Source: Podarcis melisellensis
Lineage: Eukaryota
NCBI GenBank assembly: GCA_964234715.1
Contig: OZ174275.1
Strand: one strand, 5' to 3'
DNA: 64,000 nt
The notes below the pieces were generated by a model, which searched no databases, was not told the DNA's origin, and saw only the letters and a list, made by a program, of their open reading frames with translations. Every line of letters begins with the position of its first letter. Positions within the stretch are counted from its first letter, which is position 1. This document shows, piece by piece, positions 48,090 to 60,946 of the stretch. The position numbers and the translations under genes were made by a program.

Positions 48090-50971
48090 ATTGCAACGCT
48101 CTAAAGGAACATGAGGTGGACACCTGACTGAAGCTTAAGGACATGTGGGCCTAGTCAGGGACTAGATGGGAAACCACCTGAGATATGTGCTTTGTATGTT
48201 ACCTTGGGATTTATAATGGAAAAAAGTGAGATGTAAAATACCAACTTTCCAAATCTCAAGGGAAAGAATTTTGCAGAGGAGAATAAGAAAACTGAAATAA
48301 CTTTGGAAAGTTGCATGTAAGTATGAAGGTTGAGGTGGAACTGGAAGCAGCAGTCCAAGATAGTTCCTAGGAGTAAGGAGTTGTGCCAGGAAATAGGGGT
48401 TGAGGGATAAAACCACAAATAAGGATTAGAAAACCAGCAAAGAATACAAAATGCACTAAAGCTCAGGAAGACCATGCTGCTTGGCCAAGGCCCAACTAGA
48501 ACAGGGAGGCAACTTTTGCTCCTTCCTATCCAGGAAGAGATCATGGCCAGCCTGGGTGGGTGGAGTCAACTCAGGGCTTGAGAGTATTTCATTGTCTAAA
48601 TAAATGCTGCAACCTGCAGTTTGAGGACTTATTAGGCCAGCCACACACAGATCCAAGGACTTACATGTTTCCAGGTTCAAATTTAACATTATGCTAAATG
48701 TGTAGCTAGCGACTACACCCGATATTTTTCTTTATTTAAATACAGGCATGGTGGGGTGATTTTTCCATGGGGGCCACAGATGTGGGATGGGGAGGTTTGA
48801 TCTTTCTATCGCAGTCACAATATGGACAAGAATCCCCCATCCCAAGCTACAAAAATTAGGCAAATGAACTAGAACCTTTCTTAATACGTCTGATGCTCAT
48901 GCTTGAGGTGGGATTGGGACTGCAGCTAGGGAAGGAAGGATTAGATTTAAATACTCCTCATGCTGTGGACCCCATGAAAGTGAGCCTCCTTCCCCGGCAC
49001 CTGCAGTTTAACTAAGAAAACTCCCAAATATAGCTAGCCACACATTGAACATAACATAGAGTATCCTGAGTTGCATTAGCTGGAGAGAAGGAGAGATGGA
49101 AATGGATGCAATTCTGATTTAAGTACAGTTATGTTTTTAGGATCGTCCCCCGTCCCCTCCTTCATCTAGACTAAATTGTTGCATGCCACATTATTTTGTT
49201 ATAGTATATTCAGGACACTGGGCAGAACCCTGTCAGTGGAAGCCCTGCGTAAAGACTCCCACTTGTACAACAGGGCATTCCCACCCCCCATATCCTCCCC
49301 CCCAGCCTATCCCTGCACCTCCCAAAATTGGCTCTGGTAGTTCAGGAGAACCTCCAGAATAGTTTGCAGGGGGAGAGGACGTGGGATCATTCCATCTGGC
49401 AAGCTGATATGCCTGTGCAGACAGAATGTTTGTCACAGTGCAGTGTTGAATTCCATCCACTAAATGTTGCCATTTTAATGTAGGATTATAGTATGATGCA
49501 GTTTCATCAGCCTAGTTTGTTATACTCCCTTACTTGTTGTCTACTTTGAAACAAATACAGTACTGTAATTCTAATTCAGTTACTCTGCTCTTATAAAATC
49601 TGACTGCAGAATTAACAAATAGTTGAACCAATTTCCAAATGATCCTTATTAAATAGCTTTTACTAATGTAAAAGCATTCAGGACTCCTCAAAATTGCATT
49701 TCATACAGTTTTTAAAAGATAGTTGTCATTCCCCTTATTTTACTGGATTCTTGATCTGTGTGGAATAACTTTTTGTAGTTTAACAGTTTTGGTTTTTGAT
49801 GGCATGTCTCTCTTCCTTGGGGAGTAAATTCTCTTGCTAATGAACGGAGAATAGTGTTCCCCAGGCCTCTCTTGACTTTTGACTAAGAATAACATCTGTC
49901 ACTACCAAGAAGCTGTGTGTAAAATTAGAATTTCTCAGGGCAGATTGAGAACAAGATTTGTTTATGCCTTGTGCTTTTAAAATAGGATGACGTTGCAGAG
50001 TTTGCTTTATTGTTAGTGTGTGTGCTCTAGGCATCAATTGGAGAGAATGAGTATCTTCTACACCACCTATGGAAAAGAGGTTTCATTTATGGCCGCAAAA
50101 ACTTTCAAATATAATACCTTGTAAGAACATTACTTGATTTCTTGGTGAGAAAATTTCTTTGGAATAAAATAACTCAAATGTATCTATAAGAACTAGGCTA
50201 AGACCTGTATGAAATGAAATATTGCCCAAGAACATCTTTGAAACCTTATGCATGGCAAAAGCAGTACTGTATGTGACAAATACTTTATCTAGTCTTGGGG
50301 TACCCATGGCCAAAATGTACATGGCCAGACACTCTTCACTGTGTGGTAGAACCACTGTGTGGTTTTCATACCACATTCATTATCAGTTGAAGCTGCAGTT
50401 GTGCACAGCAAGGCAGAAGCTTCAGTGGAATGTTGCGGAGGTAGTATTGTCTGCAGAAGTCCATATCTTCCTTTCCTAGGTAGTATACATTTCACAACAA
50501 AGGGCTTGGGATGTTTGATTTTTTTTTTTAACTGAGTCTAGATACTTCTCTAAATCTATTTATTTACAGTATGTATATTCCACCTTTTAGATGGACAATG
50601 GGCTTCCAAGTGAAAGGCTGCTGGTCCCTTATTAAGGCTCTTGGGGTGGAGGAGTGATGATAGAAAATAAAAACTGCTTCTAGTGTTATAACTAAGCAAA
50701 CTTGCATGTGAAAATACTTCAATTTGCTCTTGGCACATTCTATCATTTGTTTTGAAGGTATCATGGAGAGTTTGGTGCATAGTTTTATGAAACTGGACAT
50801 CCCCTTTTGTCTTTAGTTTTTCTGTACTGGTGGGGTTTGATTCTGTTGATCAAGAATGGCAAAATGTCCCCCCTCCATGTCAAGCACTTTCCCAGTCTAT
50901 GTCTAAGCGAATTCAGATGAATAGACTACCTAAGGGCAAGCAGATGTGGTCTCTGGCAGCATGGTTGTTTG

Positions 50972-52508
50972 AAGTGCTGTTTTTCTAGAAAAAGAAGTGT
51001 CAGAACTCACCATGAACACTTCCCCTGTTCTCTTATAATGGCAATGACAGGGATGCATTCTGGCCCCCACATTGTTTTACCTATTCTTAAACGACGTAGA
51101 AGCGAGCCTAATGGACTCAGATGGACACCTTCCAAAACTAGGAATGAGAAGGACCCCCTTGTTGTTATATGCGAATGATGCGGCCATCATTTCACATTCC
51201 AGACCGGGTTTGAAATATCTGCTGAGGAAGTTTTCTGATTACTGTTTTGGAAATGGCTTATCCATTAATTACGAAAAATCAAAAATTTAAGTATTCAAAA
51301 GAAGCTTCTCCTGATTTAAATTGGTACTGGATGGCCATAACCTTGAACAGATTAAATACTTCAGTTATCTAGGGCTCACTTTCCATCATACAAGATCTTG
51401 GAAGTACCACTGGCAAACCTCCCTTCAAAAGGCGGAGATCACAAAGCTAGCCATACTCAAATTCTTTTTCGCAAAGGGTCTGTTCCAGCAAGTATGTTCC
51501 AGCAACCTTAAGGGTTTTCAGTGCAAAATCCGTTCCCCAACTCCTGTACACTGCAAATGTCTGGCATAATGGGGACCTGCCTAAGCTAGACAGCTTTCAG
51601 GCAAAATTTCTACGATCTCTGCTGCAGGTACCCAACTGTGTCCCCAACTCCATACTTCTCCTAGAAGCTGGTGAATGCCCAATTACAACTAAAGCATGGT
51701 GGGCTGCCCTAAAACACTGGCTCAGGATTGTAGTGTTTCATCTAGGGAAGAGTTTATATCAACACCTGACCAGTGAGGAGTTTGTCAGCAATTGGCAGAA
51801 AACCATGGCTAGAAAAGCCACCTCTATTGTCACCCCCCCAACCCTATTACCTGGGTTATGAAGGTGCCCTAAAGACATTAAAGCAAAGATTATGGGATAA
51901 TACACACAGTGACTTGCGATCCCGATCACATGCAGTCTGTAGTTCGTTGGCAGTAGGAGTACAATACGGGCATGTCTTTAAGTTAACACCTTACATTAAA
52001 AACCTGACAGTACCAAATTACCGAAGGTTATTCACCAAAGCCAGACTAAACCTTTTTCCTTCTGCAGTGTTGGATGGCAGGTTGAGAGGAGTTCCCTACC
52101 AGGACAGACTTTGCTTGTGTGCCCAAGTCATTGATTCTATAAAACATATTTTGCTGCACTGTGCGAAATACGAGCAAGCCAGAGCTGAATTGATATTACC
52201 CTTGCTGGTACCTTTCCTGGGAAAATCAGAGGCTCACTATGTCAGGTTCCTACTGGAAGACCGGACAAACGCTAGAACATTAGCAGTGACAAAGTTTTTA
52301 TCGGTGGTTGCAAGAACCAATGATCCCTATCTTTAAGTCTGAACAAAACACTTGTTTAACGTGGTGGTAGGCTGTCTAAATTGTGTATTGCTTTATAATG
52401 ATTTGTTGGGTCTCTGGACCGTAATAAAGATTGATATAATGGCAATGACGCCCACCTGAGAATTGCCGGAACTGAGTTTTGGTGAGTTCCGGCTGAAAAA
52501 AAGCCCTG
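50972..52508. mobile_element. hAT-type MITE split by a LINE (arms 50972-51048 and 52435-52508)
   Basis: Ends aagtgctgtttttc / gaaaaaaagccctg; TSD gttgtttg / attgtttg; related inverted fragment at 34202-34283. Confidence 0.7.
51049..52434 (+). mobile_element. 5'-truncated non-LTR retrotransposon (RT and C-terminal region, RTE-X-like), disrupted
   Basis: RT motifs QGCILAPTLFYLFLND, LLLYAND (YADD), YFSYLG; C-terminal RLCLC...IKHILLHC; aataaagattga 3' end; perfect 15-bp TSD tataatggcaatgac. Clade name is inference. Confidence 0.88.
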
Positions 52509-53519
52509 ATTGTTTGTATCATCCTTCTAAGCCATGGGGAAGATTTGGCTTGCATCCGATAACAGATGTGTGGTTAAGATGGCTTTGTGGACTTTGGAAG
52601 AGAGATCTTGACCTGACATGACCAAGAATAGAAGCACATGGACACAATGAAGCAGTTGGCGAGACAGGCCATAGCTATAGAACCTTGGAGAGCTCCGACT
52701 GATAAAAGGAATACCCCCCCAAACCCTGGCCCACCCCCACCAGGCTTTCTGTGTGTCTCAATTGCTTCTCATTCTGTGTGCTATTGTAGAGCAGGAGGTG
52801 CTTAGCCTCTTGGGTGAATTGAGCCTGGAAGGCCTAAGGATCCCAGTTCAGGCTCCACAGGTTCAAAGCTGTTATGTTTCAGGTTTTGTATCAAGACCTC
52901 CTGGTCATGTTCTTCAGCTCAAGATGTGATGGCCATGGGCTTGACTGGCTCAGTCTCTTCTCTTTCCAAACCTCAGCTATAACTCAAGGCCAGCACTACA
53001 GCAGGCGTTATTCCAGAGGTGCCAGTCATAAACATTTCCATTCTGTGTTCATAAGGTGGCTCAGTGGCCTGAGGAAAGTTGGTATCAGTGGTAATAAGGT
53101 AGTAACATAATTATGATAAGCTTGAAAGCACCAGAGCCTTTTTCGAAGAAACAGACTAGTCTTAGTAGAGATTTGTCTATTTTTGTATTGTGTTTGTGTC
53201 AAGCTTCTGACATTGATTGGCTGAGCTAGTGCAATGACATGGAGCATTCAGTTGCCCAGGGAACAAAAAGAGTTTGTGGTCTAGCTTCTGTGAAGAAAGG
53301 GAATGTTGCACACAAGAACAGGGTGACACTGTAGGAGAGCACCAAGGAGGCAAGAGGTAAGGAGGTTGAAGAAAGAGAGGAAACCAGGCACTAAGATTGA
53401 GAGAGGGGTGGAAGAGGAGGAGGCTTGGGGGAAAGGGTAGAAGAGGCAGGGAATTCAGGCAAGATGGGGCTAATTGGAGAGAACGCCGTAGAATCTGCGC
53501 AGCAGTTAAGGTCAGAAGG

Positions 53520-53632
53520 GAAGTTTTTAATATTTAATGCTGTATTGTTTTTAACACTTTATTGGAAGCCGCCCAGAGTGGCTGGGGAAACTTAGCCAGA
53601 TGGGCGGGGTATAAATAATAAATTATTATTAT
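53520..53632 (+). mobile_element. LINE/SINE 3' tail
   Basis: ggaagccgcccagagtggctggggaaacttagccagatgggcggggtataaataataaattattattat. Confidence 0.55.
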
Positions 53633-56616
53633 ATAAGAGACTTTATGGTTGGGGGAGAAGCAACAGAGTGCTAAGAAACCAGGGCTGGATCTACATTAAT
53701 CTTTTAAATGTTATTAGTTATATCGTTCTATAACATCACCTTACCATTGTGGGTGGCTCATAGCTCTGCAGTGCCCTCTGGTGTCATATTTTAATAACCC
53801 ATTATTAACCACGAGTGTAGATCCACTCCAGGTCAAGGGACAAAGCAAGTGTGGCCTGAGAAGGTACAGAAGAGAGATGGGAAGGTACAGAACTGAAGAA
53901 TGAATGGGACAAAATTGGGAAGTAGGATTGCTGCTGTGCACTACTGGTAGGAAGGAAGTTGGCCATTGGGACTGGTAGGGCAGGAGACAGGGAGGTCAGC
54001 AGTAGGTGGAGACAGAAACAACGATAGGTGGAGTCAACTAATTCTAGTTTTGTCCCCATCCTCCTCCCTACTGAGTTCTACAATGGGAACACTGACATTA
54101 AGGGGGAGGAAGCTGACAGCCAGTGCTGCCCCCTGGACTGGATATAAAACAGAAGGTAGGCAAGCAGGGCAGACAGAGGTTGATGGGGCAGTACCACATC
54201 TGCCCTAATGGACAAGCCTCCACAGGTTCACTGGGAGCAATATTCACTGGCCTTAAAATTTTGAGAGAGCACATTTAGCAATAGATAAGTGGAAGTAAAG
54301 CACCCTTTTGACTCAAGTGACATGTGTTGGCTCATAGGAGATTAAACTAGTGGTTTGCCACAATAGCTAACAGACTTTCCACCCATATACAAACTTACTT
54401 GTTGATTATGCTAGGATGTTGTTTTCATTCCTGTAGGATCGTGGACAGAAAACAGGATGTGACTGTGCATTATGGTTTGACTATTTCTTGGTGAACAGTA
54501 AATGGGCACCGTTAACCCTGAAAAATGTTACATACATTCTGTGGCAGTACTAATACTAATTAAAAAGCCTTTTAAATGTCTGTGACATATGTATTATGTC
54601 CCTGTGTGTAATATGAGACAAGTATTTTGTTACAGACTCATGGACTATTAACAAAGTAACTAACAAAGTATACAATTGTTTTCAGAAAACTAAAGGATTT
54701 GGGCAAGTTATTGATCTAAATAATAGATATACTTGTGTGATGAAATTTCTTGACTGGCAAAATTGATTGCTGCTTTTCTGGCTGCTGGAATATTCAGTAT
54801 TGGCTCAGTTAGGACATCTAAGTGTATTTGGCCTTCTTAATTATCAAATTAAAAACACTAAATGTGTTTCATTCTCAGTCTGGTTTTCCAAGAAAAACAT
54901 TTCTGCATCTGATTACTGAAGTTTTAAAAATTCTTTGCTCTTCTGTGATAATTGCTTCATGTAAAACAACAACAACCCTGTATTGCCTATGTCAGCTAAT
55001 CATTTTAAATTGGTGAATGACTTCCAGTTGTGCAAACTTGATAAATGTTCATCTTCCATCCTGCTAGGAACCAGTCCTAATATTATTTTCTAGCTTTGTC
55101 AATTTTACCACTTTCTTTGAGGGGGGTGGAGTCTATTGGACCTACATATGAATGGATATGCATTTTGTTTAGTTCATCATTAGCAAATATTGCAAGAATA
55201 GATATGCCTGAATTATAATGTATTCTTAGCATTGATCCACACTTTTCCATGTACAATTAGATTTAAGCTTCAACAGAAGTCTGAAAGACTACCGTATATT
55301 GTTGAGAGGGAGGGAGGGAGAATGTCCTCTCTATCTCATGAATGTGCCTTCCAAATATCTACAAAACTGCATAAGGATTACATGTCCCCATTTCAGGCTT
55401 GTTTTTACTGCCCTTTCTCTATCTTTGTCCTAGGGTTTAAGGATGTTCAATCTTTTGCCATTGTGTAGTTTACACTAGTCATTGTTTAGTTACGCAACTA
55501 GTTTGAGTAAGTCCTGTTCATGAGCAGCCATTGCATTGGGCAGAGTGAGGTGCCTACCTCAAGCAACTGATTTTGGGTGTGAAGGGCAGCAAATGTATGG
55601 TTATTTGTTTATGTGTTTTTCCTGCCAGACAGGAGAAGAGGTGGTTGCCTCAGATGCCAAAATAATGGGTACTGTGCACCTTGATTGGGTAGGGGGCCAG
55701 CGGGGGGGGGGGGGAGGTACTTTTCTGTTCTGGCTCAGGCAGAAAAATGTCTTCTGCCTGCTCTGGCTGGGGATGACAGAGCACTGATGTCAGCAAAGCT
55801 TGTTTACATTCTGCTTGCTTTCACAATGATTATCATCAGATTCTTGGAAGGTGGCTCTTCATTTCCCTAAGTTCCTTTATTTTCTACATTTATCCAGTAC
55901 AGTTTTTAAAATGTGGTATGTGTGTGTGTGTGTGTAATGCAAATGATACTTATGTAAAAGTGTTTTGGAAAAGTACTGACTGTGAACCAAGAGACTGCTT
56001 TCATGAGCCATAGAATTAAAATAGATGGCTTAAAAAAATTAACCCTTCCACCCTCAGATATTTTTGCAGATATAGACACCCAGTGCCTTTTCTTCTTTCT
56101 GGGGGTACTCGAGGGTACGCAGTACCAGCACTTCCCCCCTCCAGATGTTAAAAGGGTGACACTTATTGTAACAAATTCATGGGGAGTACCAGCAGCTTTA
56201 AACAAAACAAACCAAAACACTGCGGTAACCCATATAGAGATGATGTTAACAAGCAAGTGTTGTTTTTGATAGTACAGATGGATCTGTGTGTGACTATCAA
56301 AATGCAAATGCAGATGTTATTTTCAAACACAGATTTATCAGATTCCCAGGACTGGACTGGAGATCAAAGTGATAAAAGAGCTTTCTATTTCATGCCATAG
56401 TGAATTGAACTACAGAAAAGTACTTGATCCCCCCACCCCCCGCATAGGTTTGTTTATTTCCTTGTTGGGAATAATAGTCTTCAGAGTTAACTGCCATCTT
56501 ATTTATATCTGCTGTAAATAAATGTAACAAGAAGAATGCTATCCATTCACCTAATCATTTAAAATCCCAATGAAACATGAATAGGATTACCATGTAATTG
56601 GATTGTGAATGAGGCC

Positions 56617-56651
56617 TTGTTTGTTTGTTTGTTTGTTTGTTTGTTTGTTTG
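56617..56651. repeat. (TTTG)n microsatellite
   Basis: Read directly. Confidence 0.95.
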
Positions 56652-56939
56652 CCTTCTTTTGGGGATTTATACCCTGCCCTTCAATAGAATTCTCAGACAA
56701 TCTTAGAATAAAAACAAACAAACACAAAATATGCACAAGAATGACAATGAATAGCATTACTGGATTGTCACATGTACAAAACTGAGGACTGGAATCATTT
56801 TCCTCTTTTTGGATTAGAAGGCTGCATACTCTTACATCTTTATAATTTTGCTAGATTTAGAGTACAATTCTATACCTGGGATCTGATGGCTGAAGAGTGG
56901 TAGAATTTGGTGGGAACTGCTCTGTGTTGCATAAACAAG

Positions 56940-57144
56940 CACTGGTGGAGGAAGAGGAGTGCGGGGGGAGCGCACCGCCCCCAGCAGCGCAATCCCGGTT
57001 GGGTGTCATCGCGGCTGCCCCCCTCCCCGCTCCTACTGGGAGCCACACCCCTGCAGGCGGTGCACCACACCCCCAGGACACGCACCAGCCCCGCCCCCAC
57101 CTGCATTCCGCCCCCTGGTGCCGGAGCATGAAGCTCTGTCACTG
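56940..57144. mobile_element. GC-rich hAT-type MITE
   Basis: Perfect 8-bp TSD TAAACAAG (56932-56939 and 57145-57152); degenerate TIRs cactggtggag / ctctgtcactg. Confidence 0.75.
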
Positions 57145-57234
57145 TAAACAAGTCCACAATATGTTGCTGCTGCTGTGGAGTTACTAGAGAGCCCAGACAT
57201 GATGTTGCATAAAAAGAGCAAATGCAACTCAATC

Positions 57235-58495
57235 CCACATCACTAAAAAATATGCAGAGCAAAGCTCCAAAGACCTGAGTAAATAAAAATGTTTTTATCT
57301 GGTATGTAAAAAGAGATAGTGATAGTGCCACAGGTACCTCCCTGGGGAGGGCATTCCACAAGTGGGGAGCCACCATTGAGAAGGCCTGTTCTCATGTTAC
57401 ACCCCCCTCCATATCTCCCTTGGAAGGGAGTACACAGAGAAAGGCATTAGATGATGAACACAGGGTCTAGATTGGGTCATGTAGGCAGAGGAGATCCTTG
57501 AGCTATTGGAGTACTGAGCTGCGTAACACTTTATAGGCCCAAACCAGCACTTTGAATTGGACCTGGAAACAAATTGGTAGCCAAGTGCACTGTGCCAGGA
57601 TTGGTCTTATGTTCAGGCCATCTTGCCCCAGTCATTAATCTGGCTGGCTACTGAAGTCTGCACCAATTTCAGTTTCCAAACCATCTTCAAAAACACCCCC
57701 ATATATAACACAGTCATTTTGTAATCTAACCTAGACGTTACCAGATCATAGCCAACAGAAGTTGAGCTATTCCTGTCCAGATAAGGGCCTAGCTGGGTCA
57801 CCAGCTAAAACTGATTGATGGCGCTTCACACTACCAAAGCCACCTGGACCTTAAGTGATAGTAGTGAATCTAGAAATACCCCCAATCTTTGAACCTACTC
57901 CTTCAGAAGGAGTGTAACCTCATCCAAAGCAGGCCATGTCCCACCCATTTGGTCAGGTGAACCACCCACTAATAGTGCAACAGTCTTATCTGGATTAAGC
58001 TTCAGTTTATTGACTCTCCTCCAGTCAAGGCCAATACATCAGTCTAACCACTGCCACACTTGCAGATGTAAAGGAGAGATATATCTGTATATCAGCATAT
58101 TGCTGAACCTGTACTACAATTCTTTGGATTACCCCTGCCCTTCAGTAATTTCATGTAGATAATAAACAGCATAGAGAATAAAATTGAACTCTGTGCCTCT
58201 GCATACTGAAGGCTCCATGGGGTCAAATACTATACCACCATCTGGAGAAGGTCATCCAAGTGGGATCAGAACCACTGCAAAGCAGTGCCACCCACCTCCA
58301 GCTCAGATAGGCACTCTAGAATGCTCTGGTTGATGGTATTGAAAGCTGCTGAGAGATCAAGGTGGATTAATAGGGACACACTCCCATTTCTCTTTCCAGA
58401 CACAGGTCTTCAAACAGGGTGACCAAGGCAGGTTCTGTGCCAAAACTGGGCCTCAACCCCGATTGAAATAGATCTAGAAAATCGGTTGCCAGAAT
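57235..58495 (-). mobile_element. Degraded L2-clade LINE ORF2 fragment
   Basis: Minus-strand remnants LDLSAAFNTI, PYLDRNS...LVTSRLDY...KLKLVQ, VAPHLWNALPREV...IKTFLFTQVF, typical of L2 ORF2. Confidence 0.85.
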
Positions 58496-60834
58496 CTTGC
58501 CAATCTACTGGAAGTCACTCAGAGATTGATCAGTAGATTCTTCCCCATCTATCACATGGTGTTTTAGAAAATATATTCTACTTTTCTAGCTCCTTTATCA
58601 TGGTTAAAAGATCTGGCATTTCACTTTACATCTGACCTCCTAGTGGTTTGGCTTAATATATCTCTAACATTAAATATGCATCAATTTTAAATTTTGAAAA
58701 GTATTCCTTGATCATATACAGAGTGCTTTTCTTCGGTAGTGAGTAACTTCAAACAGCCTACATATATCAGTAATTTGGGAGGTGAAAAGGTCAGGAGGTC
58801 TAATTCTAGAAAACCCTGAACTTTGGTATCTCATGCTTGTAGAAATTAAGTACTAAATGTTGTTGTAAAAATTAAAAGCTTTGTTTTAAGTTAAAACTAT
58901 GAATCAAAAAAGAAGTTTTAGAAAGAAGATTAACAACCTTGGAACAGAACTCCATCAGTGGTTCAGATTTTTATTATTTTTTTATGAGATAGTCTTTGAA
59001 GAATCTCATGCTCTTTCTAGCTACAACTTCATAATGCCATGACTTTTAAATGCTTTGGCTTTTAAGAGGGGTTTTGTTTTGTTTTTTTGGGCTCTTACAC
59101 AGTCTAGGTCACTGACTGGTTGTCCCTGGCTTTGTTCCATTTCTGAACTCTTCTTTCCTTTGTGGTTTGTGTCCCTCTCTGTATGTTCAGTTGTTTATGT
59201 CTTCGTGAGTCTAGTTTTCACTACCATTCCATCAGAAGGTTAAGTGTCTCCCGGGCCCTTCAGTATGTTAAAAAGTAGAAGAAAAAGTTAAAACAACAAC
59301 ATTGTGATAAAATGAAAAGTCTGTGTGTTAGTTTTGGAAAATCAGTTTTTAAAGGTGCTGTTGCCCACATGGACTTCACTGCATGTATGTGGGTCTGAAG
59401 GAGTGGGAGAGAGATGCCGTTCGACAAAAAGAGAGGGAGAGATCTATGTGTGGTTGTATAGATGGGTGGGGGGAGATATATGCATGTTGGTCTGTGGTTT
59501 GTATGTGTACAGTGAGTGCTTGCGGGTGCAGCTCAGGTGCAAGGAAGAGTGTGGTGTGACTACCTTATATATCTTCCCTGGCATCAGGGAATGTTTTCTG
59601 TTGTTGTATGGAGAGGAGATCAATTTTGTGAGATCTTCTTAATCGAAACAAGCAGGACATAACTGACTTCCCATGGAAGGTGTGAGGTTGTCAGGTTTGG
59701 GTTGGGAACAGAAATGAGTGCACTTTCTCTAATTTTGTGTTATGCCACACGTCACTAGGGAACCATTTTGTGAGTGGCACCCATGGCACCTTCTCAAAAT
59801 TCAGAATGTGTCCAGTGAAGCAACATGACTGGCTACCCCTGCTCTACCATCTATTGAAAGTACATTGCTAGTTACTTAAAAGATTCAGGGTACAGGCCTA
59901 TGACACATATTTGTATATATGATAATATTCATGTGTATATGCTTAGATCTCTGAGCAGATGAAGATGGTGGTGTCTCACCAGTATTATGCTTTGCAGCCC
60001 TATAAGCACATTTTTAAAGAGCAGAGAAAGATGCAGACAATCCAGGGCAGACAAAAGATTTTGGCCTCAGACCTCCAATGGCCCTGGTCTGGAGTCATAG
60101 AAATGAAGTATTTATCGATCCCTTGACAGGCTAGGAATGATTCACGAACCACAAGTCTGACAGTTTAGTTTATGCTGAGTGAACTGTAGAACTGGGCCCT
60201 AGGCAAAATTTTGTGTACAGATACCAGCAGATTGTGAAAATAGCCTCTTTTCTTCTCATGGAAGTTGTAAATAGCAGCCCCTTGAGTTTACATTTAATAC
60301 TTTTTTTAACTTTCCCTTCAAGGACCTCAGAGGGGTTTACAGTTATTCCCCCTAATAGGAAAACACTATCCTTATGTGGAGCTAGGCCAAAGTTCTCTAA
60401 ATGTTTGCATGTACCGGTACCAAGTGGCTTGGGCTGGTGCCTTAGCCCCAAAGGGCTGTGTGTATTTGGAAATCCCAGAACGATTGCATTTGCTCTTGTG
60501 TGCACCTGTGTTAAGGGTTAACAAATACATCACTTCAGTCTTGCCATTTCATCTGCTTCTTCCTTGCCCGATTTAAATTTAGTTATTCAGAAATGAGTAA
60601 CATTCTCATGTTCTGAAGCGTGTGCGAATGCAAATGGGTGTTCTGCTGGTATTTGTTCTTGGCATTTGTGCTGAAAAGGGGGAAGCCTTTCACTCTAATT
60701 CCTTGAGACACCGAAGAGACTTTTTGAAGAGTCAGTTAAAAACAAAACTCATTTTTAACGTTAGTTGCTCAGCTTGCTTTCTTGAGTTAGAAAGTGCTTT
60801 AGCTTAGTTAAGGGAGCCAGATGTAACACATTGA

Positions 60835-60844
60835 CCTTAAATGG
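60835..60844 (+). promoter_or_regulatory. CArG box (SRF site) CCTTAAATGG overlapping the IRAG1 start codon
   Basis: Exact CC(A/T)6GG consensus at the 5' end of a smooth-muscle gene. Confidence 0.65.
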
Positions 60845-60946
60845 TAAAAGCTCCCAGAGCGAGCAGAAGGGAGAGAGAGAGAAAGAGAGAGAGAGAGAGG
60901 GAAGCTTCCCCGAAGGGGGAAAACAAGAGGAATAGCTCAGTTTTAG
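60841..60946 (+). CDS. IRAG1: IRAG1 (MRVI1) first coding exon; remainder of gene beyond the window
   Basis: MVKAPRASRRERERKREREREASPKGENKRNSSVL then G|gtaagt; matches the recalled mammalian isoform N-terminus MVKAPQSEERLARGGKENNSVLD; divergent orientation to CTR9 fits known synteny. Confidence 0.8.
60870..60899. repeat. (GA)n microsatellite inside the IRAG1 first coding exon
   Basis: gagagagagagaaagagagagagagagag read directly. Confidence 0.9.

Noticed and set aside
49986-50140. Possible TM/KASH terminal exon (DDVAEFALLLVCVL* or ...TPPMEKRFHLWPQKL...)
   Set aside because: Hydrophobic stretch too short, stops intervene and there is no terminal PPPX motif; cannot be supported.
54436-54553. 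Possible additional phase-0 exon (DRGQKTGCDCALWFDYFLV...)
   Set aside because: Good acceptor but weak donors and no recognisable homology.
56857-57227. Cluster of GC-rich ORFs resembling a CpG-island gene start
   Set aside because: Explained by a hAT MITE with an 8-bp TSD next to an L2 3' end.
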